64,000 nt of DNA from an uncultured Acidobacteriota bacterium (GTDB lineage Bacteria > Acidobacteriota > Vicinamibacteria > Vicinamibacterales > UBA2999), in contig CAVXMP010000003.1 of NCBI GenBank assembly GCA_963762925.1, forward strand, positions 38,174-102,173, in the 5' to 3' direction. Below are positions 57,413 to 64,000 of the stretch, in pieces. The number at the start of each line of letters is the position of its first letter. The stretch's first letter is position 1. The notes beneath the pieces were generated by a model. That model worked only from the letters and a program-made list of their open reading frames with translations. It ran no database searches and had not been told where the DNA came from. The translations under genes were made by a program, and so were the position numbers.

Positions 57413-57770
57413 AGGAATCTCCTCATGATCGGCGGGTCTCTGGTGATCCGAACAGTGGCGCGACTGTCCACAAAAGCACAGATCGATCGATTGTGGCGGA
57501 ACCCGGCGTCAGGATTACGTCACGACGATGTGGGGTTCGACGCGACCACCGGGATCACCATATGGCGGCGGTCACTCACCGCCGGCCGTGAGTGACGGAC
57601 GATCTCCCGTCCGTTGAGTCCGCGAATCGCTGAAGTCTGTGGGTTCCTCGCATGTGCTCTGCGAGGCACAACTGGCGCGGGCGTTGCCTAGCCTGGAGGA
57701 ACGATGCGGGAATGCGAAAGGGATGACACATGATTGACACGCGTGTTGGATCGGGCCGGCGGGTGTTGCC

Positions 57771-58274
57771 GTGTTGCTTGTCGCCCTGACGGCCTGTGCG
57801 GCGAAGGAGCGTCAGCGGCCTATCCCGATGGACCCGGTCGCGACCGGCGCAGGGACCACCAGCGATGCGCGCAAGTTTCTGCAAGGCCGTTGGGCCCTCG
57901 AGTCGTTCGAAATCCATCCGCCGGGCAAACCGCCCATCGCGCTGAAAGGCTCCGGAGTCCTGAATTACGACGACTTCGGCAACTTGCGCATGGAGATCCG
58001 GGCGGACGAGGCCTCGGCGGATATACTCCGCGCCGCGGGCATCAACATGCGTGACGGCGTCATTTCGACCGACGGGCGAACCGCGATCGATCTGCAGAAC
58101 CGCACGCTCACTTACTTCCTCGAAGGCCAGTCTTCCTCAATGGCCACTGGCGGGGGCCCGCTGGCCCCGAATCGGCCGCGTCACTGGGAAGTCACCGCCG
58201 ACACACTCACGCTGACCACCCGTGACGACAGCGGCGCGCCGCTTTCGATCGGCCGGTGGAAGAGAAGTCAGTAG
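57771..58274 (+). CDS. hypothetical lipoprotein
   Basis: MLLVALTAC lipobox. A longer signal starting at ATG 57730 (MIDTRVGSGRRVL...) is one frame away. No family recognised. Confidence 0.55.
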   Translation: MLLVALTACAAKERQRPIPMDPVATGAGTTSDARKFLQGRWALESFEIHPPGKPPIALKGSGVLNYDDFGNLRMEIRADEASADILRAAGINMRDGVISTDGRTAIDLQNRTLTYFLEGQSSSMATGGGPLAPNRPRHWEVTADTLTLTTRDDSGAPLSIGRWKRSQ

Positions 58275-58290
58275 CCGAGGAGAAAAAGTT

Positions 58291-58875
58291 GTGACGACTG
58301 CGAAAATCCTGACGACGGTTCTGTTCCTTGCTGCCTCCACGTCCGCCGGGGCGCAGGAAACCCGCCCCGCGACGGCCGTGCCAGAAACGTTCACCGCGAC
58401 CGCCAACGCGAAGAATGCCAAAGGCGGTGTCTCGGGCACGCTCGAAGTGCTCGTCAAGCGCTACACGCCGGACTTCGACCGCAAGACCGTGGAGGAGGCG
58501 CTTCGGCTGGGTGGCTATCCGCGGTTTCTCAGCGCCCTTCGCAACGCTCCCGACGTTGGTCAGGTCGTGCTCGGCGGAGGCCAGCCGTACGTCATCCGGT
58601 ACGCGCGGGAGACGGTTGAGAGCGGTGGCCGAACCATCGTGCTGGTGACCGACCGGCCAGTCCTCTTTCTCGGTTCCTCGCGCGCCGATGCCAAACCGCG
58701 AGCTGGATACGAAGTAGCCCTCCTCCGAATTCAGGTGGATGCAAAGGGAGCCGGGAGCGGGACGATGGCCGCGGCTGCGCGCGTGCGCCCGGACGGCGAT
58801 GGCGGCGTGCTGCTCGACGACTACGCCGAGACGCCGATCGAGCTGGCCAATGTGACGCGGAAACCGTCGTCGTAA
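58291..58875 (+). CDS. hypothetical secreted protein
   Basis: GAGGAG 9 nt before GTG. VTTAKILTTVLFLAASTSAGAQE signal. 17-nt gap to both neighbouring genes. Confidence 0.5.
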   Translation: MTTAKILTTVLFLAASTSAGAQETRPATAVPETFTATANAKNAKGGVSGTLEVLVKRYTPDFDRKTVEEALRLGGYPRFLSALRNAPDVGQVVLGGGQPYVIRYARETVESGGRTIVLVTDRPVLFLGSSRADAKPRAGYEVALLRIQVDAKGAGSGTMAAAARVRPDGDGGVLLDDYAETPIELANVTRKPSS

Positions 58876-58891
58876 CAATGGTGATGAACAT

Positions 58892-59518
58892 ATGAATCGT
58901 TTTTTCACTGCCACGATCGTGGCTACCGTCGTTGCCGTCACCGTCTTGTCGGCGGCACCCAAGTTCACCTCGGCGTGGCGATCGCCGGATGCGGCGACGG
59001 TGAGCTTCGCCGGAAAGAAAGTCGCCGCGCTCGTCATCACCCAGGACGACTCGCTGCGCGTCGCCGGCGAGGAGGCGCTCGTGCGCGAGCTCACCGCGCG
59101 CGGCTTGCAAGCGACGGCGACGTATCGCATCGCGCCGAAGGAGGAGCTGCAAAGCGCCGATCGCGCCAAAGGCTGGTTCGAAAAGGCCGGGATCGAAGGC
59201 GTTGTCGCCATGCGGCCGGTCAGTAACGACAAGCGGACGACCTACAACCCGGGCATGTGGGTCAGCCCCGCCTACAGCACGTTCTGGGGGTACTACGGTT
59301 ACGGGTGGGGTGGGATGTATATCCCGGGGTCCGTCGATCAGGACACGATCATCGTGGTCGAGACCACGATCTACAGCGTGCCGCGGAATCAACTGCTCTG
59401 GGCGGCCGTCAGCGAGACCAAGAACCCGAAGACCCTGCAGCGCTTCGTCGAAGACCTGGTCAAGGAATCGGTAAAGGAACTGCAGAAGCAGGGATTAGCC
59501 CGGAACCTTCCCAAGTAG
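58892..59518 (+). CDS. hypothetical secreted protein, architecturally similar to the DUF4136-like gene at 54025
   Basis: MNRFFTATIVATVVAVTVLSAAP signal. Gly/Tyr/Trp-rich WGYYGYGWGGMY followed by IIVVETTIYSVPRNQLLWAAVSET. This parallels GGYGYRGYGGMG...LVVDMFDAKTKNLVFRG in the 54025 gene. Confidence 0.5.
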   Translation: MNRFFTATIVATVVAVTVLSAAPKFTSAWRSPDAATVSFAGKKVAALVITQDDSLRVAGEEALVRELTARGLQATATYRIAPKEELQSADRAKGWFEKAGIEGVVAMRPVSNDKRTTYNPGMWVSPAYSTFWGYYGYGWGGMYIPGSVDQDTIIVVETTIYSVPRNQLLWAAVSETKNPKTLQRFVEDLVKESVKELQKQGLARNLPK

Positions 59519-59696
59519 CAACCGACCTGGGGGACGTCGACACAGCATTTGGTGAGGCAGACGGTGGGCGGTGATGCCTCCCGCTGCCGAGCGCAGTCAG
59601 TCGCCGCGAGGCCCCGTATTTCCTCCGGATCTCGCACCGCGCCGGTTCACTTCGGCCGCCCGACCCGGCGGCTTTCTTGCTATCGACTCAACCGCA

Positions 59697-61086
59697 ATGA
59701 CCGAGCGCTCTCAACCGCAAGGCCTGGAGAAATTCCTCAACATCTTTACGGAGGTGCGGCCCGGTGAGTCGAGGACCGCCCTTCTCCTGGCGCTCAACGT
59801 GTTCCTCATCTTGATGGCGTATTACGTGCTCAAGCCGGTGAGGGAAGCCCTGATTCTTACGGAGGGCTCGGCGGAGCTCAAAAGCTATCTGTCGGCAGGT
59901 CAGGTCGCCGTGCTGGCGTTGGTTGTGCCGCTCTATGGGCGTCTGGTCGCCAAGTTACGCGCGCATGAAGTTGATCAATGTCGTCACCGTGTTCTTCGCG
60001 GTGTGCCCGGTCATCTTCTACGTGCTCGCGCAATTCGGCGTGCCCCTCGGTGTCGTGTTCTTCGTCTGGATTGGCATCTTCAGCCTGATGATCATCGCGC
60101 AGTTCTGGGCGTTTGCCAATGACGTCTACACCAAGGAGGAAGGCGAGCGTCTCTTCGTGATCGTTGGCTTCGGCGCATCGCTCGGCGCGGTGGCTGGCGC
60201 ACGCATCGCCGATCGGCTCATCGAGCCGCTGGGGGTCTACCAACTGATGCTGCTGGGCGCGGCGATCCTGTTGGGTCAGCTCGTGTTGACAAACCACGTC
60301 AACAAGCGCGAAAGCGCACGCCGTCCGCCGGCGGTCAGGGTTGCCGCGACGACGGCCAAGCCGTCGGGCAGCAACGCCTTCGCGATGGTGTTCCGCACGC
60401 GCTATCTGCTGCTCATCGCGCTGATGCTGATGCTCGTGAACTTCGTGAACACGACCGGCGAGTACATCCTCGGCAGTATCGTCAAGGAAACGGCGGAGAA
60501 TCTTGTCGCGCAAGGTGAGAGCGGCGGTTTGAGCGAGGGGCAGCTGATCGGCGACTTCTACTCCAAGTACTTCACGCTCGTGAACGTGTTCGGGTTGGTA
60601 CTCCAACTCTTCGTCGTGTCTCGCGTGGTGAAATATTTGGGCATGTCGTGGGCGGTCATGATCCTGCCGCTCATCTCGCTTGGGGCGTACAACATTCTCG
60701 TCTTCCTGCCGACGCTCTGGTTCGTGCTGGCCGGCAAGGTCGCCGAGAATTCCACCGACTATTCGTTGAACAACACGGTTCGAAACATGCTCTTCCTGCC
60801 GTGCACGTACGAGCAGAAGTTCAGCGCGAAGCAGGCCATCGACTCCTTCTTCGTGCGGATGGGCGACGTGCTGTCGGCGCTGCTGGTGTTCCTGGGGACA
60901 TCGGTCTGGGTGCTCCAGCCGCGCGGGTTCGCCGCGATCAACGCGCTGCTCGTGGTGATTTGGCTCGGACTGGCGTGGCGCGTGGGCCGCTATTACACGC
61001 ACCTTGCCGCAACGGGGCAGCCGCCGCCGACACGCGAAGAGGCGATCACGGCCGCGCGGCCGGCCGCGTCATCGGTTGGCGCGTGA
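59697..61086 (+). CDS. Npt1/Npt2 (TLC ATP/ADP-translocase-like) family transporter; one frame break
   Basis: FTEVRPGESRTALLLALNVFLILMAYYVLKPVREALIL...AELKSYLSAGQV (ORF 59571-60122). Then RMKLINVVTVFFA...FWAFANDVYTKEEGERLF...NSTDYSLNNTVRNMLFLP (ORF 59923-61086). Frame switch near ~59960. Confidence 0.7.
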
Positions 61087-61117
61087 CACGTCTGGTGAGG
61101 ACACAAGGGAGACAGAA

Positions 61118-61621
61118 ATGGTGAACAGCGTATCGCGAGCCGTCGTCGTGCTCGCCGTGATCGCGACCGGCACGATGTCGGCGCAGCAGGCGGCGGTCAC
61201 GGACGCCGAGACGAAGGATACGAACCTGCGGGCCTACGTCGAGCTCTTGCGGTCCGACGTCCGAGCGCAGAAGGTGGCATTCATCACGGAGTTGATGGAA
61301 TTCACCGACGCCGAAGACAAGGCCTTCTGGCCGATCTATCGCGAATACGACGTCGAGCTCTCGAGGATCAACGACGAGCGAGTCTCGGGGATCGAAGAGT
61401 ACTCGCGCAACTACGACAAAGTCTCCGATGCCCTCGCCGACAAACTGGCGATCAAAGCGCTCGAGCTCGAGTCGCGGCGCACGGCGCTCAAGGAAAAGTA
61501 CTATACGCGCCTCAAATCGGCGCTCTCACCGAAAACGGCGGCGCGATTTCTCCAGGTCGAGAACCAGCTCCTGATGATCATCGATCTGCAGATCTCCGCG
61601 GCGCTTCCGATTGTCAAGTAG
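61118..61621 (+). CDS. hypothetical periplasmic helical protein
   Basis: MVNSVSRAVVVLAVIATGTMSAQQ signal. Helical repeats (FWPIYREYDVELSRIN...). No family recognised. Confidence 0.5.
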   Translation: MVNSVSRAVVVLAVIATGTMSAQQAAVTDAETKDTNLRAYVELLRSDVRAQKVAFITELMEFTDAEDKAFWPIYREYDVELSRINDERVSGIEEYSRNYDKVSDALADKLAIKALELESRRTALKEKYYTRLKSALSPKTAARFLQVENQLLMIIDLQISAALPIVK

Positions 61622-61637
61622 GCACAGGCGACAAAAA

Positions 61638-62417
61638 ATGAGAACGATGCATACGCACAGTCCCCGGGTTCTCGTGGTCATCCTGGTCATGCTGGCCGGC
61701 ACCATCGTGTCTGCCGACCGCGTGCGGCTCCGGTCGGGCAAGGTCGTCGAAGGGACGTTCACTGGCGCCGATTCGAGCACCGTTCGACTTCTGCTTGCCA
61801 ACGGAACGCGAGCGGACTTTCCCGTTGCGGACGTGGCAGGCATCGAGTTCACGGCGCGCACGCCGCCACCACCTCCGACCCCGGCGCCCTCGCCGGCCCG
61901 CGCGCCGACTGCGGTCACCGTGCCGGCCAATACGATCGTCAATGTCCGGCTGACCGAAGCCATTGATGTGGACACGACCAAGGCCGGCGCGTCGTTCCGG
62001 TCAGTGGTTGACGATCCGGTCATGCTCGATGGCAAAGTCGTGATCCCGCGCGGCGCCGTGGCCGTCGTGCAAGCCGTGGGCGTCGATCAATCGGGCAAGA
62101 TGAAAGGCAGCGACAAGATTTCGCTCAAGGCAAACTCGATTGCATTCGGCGGCCGGACCTACGAGGTTGTCACCGCCTATGTCGAGACGAAAGGATCGGG
62201 CGAAGGCAAGAAGACCGCACGGAAGGTCGGTGGAGGTGTCGGCCTCGGCGCGATTGTCGGCGGCATTGCCGGTGGAGGCTCAGGTGCGGCCATTGGTGCG
62301 GCGGTGGGAGGGGTCACGGGCGCCGTGGTGGCAAGCCAGGGTGAGGAACACTTGAAGCTGCCGGCCGAAACACGTCTGCAGTTTCAGTTGACCGCAGCCG
62401 TCACTGTCACACCGTAG
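61638..62417 (+). CDS. hypothetical secreted protein with Pro-rich linker and Gly-zipper segment
   Basis: MRTMHTHSPRVLVVILVMLAGTIVSA signal. TPPPPPTPAPSP linker. GGGVGLGAIVGGIAGGGSGAAIGAAVGGVTGAVV glycine-zipper-like stretch. Confidence 0.5.
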   Translation: MRTMHTHSPRVLVVILVMLAGTIVSADRVRLRSGKVVEGTFTGADSSTVRLLLANGTRADFPVADVAGIEFTARTPPPPPTPAPSPARAPTAVTVPANTIVNVRLTEAIDVDTTKAGASFRSVVDDPVMLDGKVVIPRGAVAVVQAVGVDQSGKMKGSDKISLKANSIAFGGRTYEVVTAYVETKGSGEGKKTARKVGGGVGLGAIVGGIAGGGSGAAIGAAVGGVTGAVVASQGEEHLKLPAETRLQFQLTAAVTVTP

Positions 62418-62486
62418 CGCTGATTCACTCGGCAACGCGGCACGCGTGTCACCCCGGGAGCGTTTGCGCTGGAGAAGCCGATATCG

Positions 62487-63695
62487 ATGATGGCTAATCG
62501 ACTGGCGACGCCAGCAGAGGACTCTGCGGACTTCTCGCTCGTGATCGGCGGTCCGCTGTATCAGCTGCTCCGCCGGACGCGGCTATCCGATGATGCCCTG
62601 ACGCTGGTCCATCGCCGCATTTTTGCAGGCGTGCTGATCACGTGGGTGCCGCTGCTGCTGCTGTCGTGGTGGGAGGGTCGTGCGTGGTGGGGGACCGTCA
62701 CGGTCCCTTTTCTGCTCAACGTGGAAGTGCACGCGCGGTTTCTCGCCGCGCTGCCGCTGCTCATGGTGGCGGAGCTCGCCGTTCACGTTCGCATGCGGCG
62801 GCTTGTGGTCCAGTTCCATGCGCGCGAGCTTGTTTCCGAATCGGACCGGCCCCGTCTCAACGCGGCCGTTGCCTCGGCCATGCGTCTACGGAATTCGCTG
62901 GCCGCCGAGCTCCTGCTCGTTGTCTTCATCTACGCCGTCGGCATCCCGCTTCGTGACTACATCGCGATCGACACGAGCACCTGGGTCGCGGAATCCGCCG
63001 CCGGAACCGCGTTCGGATTCGGCAATCTGTCGCTGGCGGGCTGGTGGCACGCGCTGATCAGCCTTCCGATCTTCCAGTTCTTGCTCGTGCGCTGGTATTT
63101 CCGCATCTTCATCTGGACCCGCTTTCTCTGGCAGGTCTCGCGCATCGAGCTCAAGCTCGTCCCCACCCATCCCGATCGGGTCGGAGGGCTCGGATTTCTC
63201 GGCAACATCGTCTACGCCTTCGCTCCTCTGCTCGTCGCGCACGGCGTGCTGCTCGCGGGCATGATTGCCGATCGCATCTTCTTTGTCGGCGCGACGCTTC
63301 AGCAATTCACACTCGAGATTGCCGGCGGAGTCGGCGTACTCGTGTTCATCGTGCTCTGCCCGCTTATGGTGTTCGCGGGACAGCTTTCACGCGCCAGGCG
63401 CGCGGGCCTCGGCGACTACGGTATGCTCGCGCACCGCTACGTCAGAGAGTTCGACGCGAAGTGGGTCCGCGGCGGCCGCGACCCGAACGAACCGTTGATG
63501 GGTAGCGCCGATATCCAATCCCTGGCCGATCTGGCCAACAGTTTTGAGGTCGTCCGGACCATGCGGTTCGTGCCGTTTACGAAGGAGACGGTCTTTCAGT
63601 TGGGAGTCGTCACGCTCGTGCCGCTGACGCCACTGCTGCTGACGATGATCTCGCTCGAAGAGCTGCTGAAACGTTTGTTGAGCGCGGTGTTTTGA
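62487..63695 (+). CDS. uncharacterised polytopic membrane protein
   Basis: Intact 402-aa ORF with about 6-7 TM segments (WWHALISLPIFQFLLVRWYFRIFIWTRFLWQV...). No family recognised. Confidence 0.55.
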   Translation: MMANRLATPAEDSADFSLVIGGPLYQLLRRTRLSDDALTLVHRRIFAGVLITWVPLLLLSWWEGRAWWGTVTVPFLLNVEVHARFLAALPLLMVAELAVHVRMRRLVVQFHARELVSESDRPRLNAAVASAMRLRNSLAAELLLVVFIYAVGIPLRDYIAIDTSTWVAESAAGTAFGFGNLSLAGWWHALISLPIFQFLLVRWYFRIFIWTRFLWQVSRIELKLVPTHPDRVGGLGFLGNIVYAFAPLLVAHGVLLAGMIADRIFFVGATLQQFTLEIAGGVGVLVFIVLCPLMVFAGQLSRARRAGLGDYGMLAHRYVREFDAKWVRGGRDPNEPLMGSADIQSLADLANSFEVVRTMRFVPFTKETVFQLGVVTLVPLTPLLLTMISLEELLKRLLSAVF

Positions 63696-63699
63696 TCCG

Positions 63700-64000
63700 T
63701 TACGGCTGTCGCACGGGGTCGAATTCGTACAGCGACGCGGCCAGCCTTTTCAGTCCACGTTCGTGAGCGATGAGATCGAGATGGAGTGACGACCAGTCGC
63801 AGAGCCACAGAGTCTCGTTGCCCTGCCCGTCGTATGTTTTGAGGTAGCCGCCACAGGACTCGCAGTGGTCGATGCGCAGGCCGGGTTCGCCCTCGATGGT
63901 CAGACTCGCGAGCCGTTGGGAGTCGGTTTCACAGAACGGGCAGCCGGTGCGTTTGAACTGCCAGCGCGTGGCGCAATGGCCGCATGAGAGCAGACGCCGG
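63700..64000 (-). CDS. FdhE-like (formate dehydrogenase accessory) Cys-rich protein, C-terminal part; 5' end beyond window
   Basis: Hand translation of the minus strand: ...LSCGHCATRWQFKRTGCPFCETDSQRLASLTIEGEPGLRIDHCESCGGYLKTYDG...LIAHERGLKRL...stop. The paired CxxC motifs have FdhE-like spacing. Confidence 0.55.
   Translation of the reverse strand, partial: RRLLSCGHCATRWQFKRTGCPFCETDSQRLASLTIEGEPGLRIDHCESCGGYLKTYDGQGNETLWLCDWSSLHLDLIAHERGLKRLAASLYEFDPVRQP

Noticed and set aside
59655-59678. GCCGCC-cgaccc-GGCGGC followed by TTTCTT, as a terminator or attenuator 20 nt before the Npt-like gene
   Set aside because: The stem is short (6 bp) and the position directly in front of a start codon is ambiguous. 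I noted it but did not call it.

Overview
GC-rich bacterial chromosomal segment with about 50 protein-coding genes. I found no rRNA, tRNA, CRISPR array, integrase, transposase or prophage genes. The gene content looks Acidobacteriota-like (inference from families only): two ADOP/MacB-type duplicated FtsX permeases, two large TonB-dependent-type outer-membrane proteins with carboxypeptidase-regulatory-like N-termini, an ECF-like sigma factor next to a giant Ser/Thr-kinase-TPR protein, a TolB-propeller amidohydrolase and a DUF1559/HX9DG remnant. Housekeeping genes include lon, a secDF fusion and an RND efflux pair. There is also a phosphate-scavenging group (PhoD, an ENPP-type phosphodiesterase, an outer-membrane receptor) and a regulatory island (sensor kinase, NarL-type regulator, single-domain receiver, sigma-54 activator, STAS protein). 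The last 6 kb carries a same-strand cluster of uncharacterised envelope proteins with an Npt/TLC-like transporter. Roughly half of the genes can only be read by switching frame one or more times. Where I could localise these 1-nt indels, they mostly sit in short homopolymers, so I describe affected genes as frameshifted (assembly error or pseudogene). The most interesting unexplained signal is a 325-bp array of paralogous Trp-motif mini-ORFs (41, 25 and 23 aa) at 36171-36495. It lies between the divergent sigma/kinase genes and a permease+MFS exporter operon, and that operon ends in a nested 30-bp inverted-repeat (REP/MITE-like) element. Other non-genic structures are two 9-bp GGCACC minisatellites, a perfect 33-bp palindrome over a near-consensus promoter, and a nested direct-repeat array in an AT-richer intergenic region. 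Manually derived coordinates may be off by 1-3 nt.
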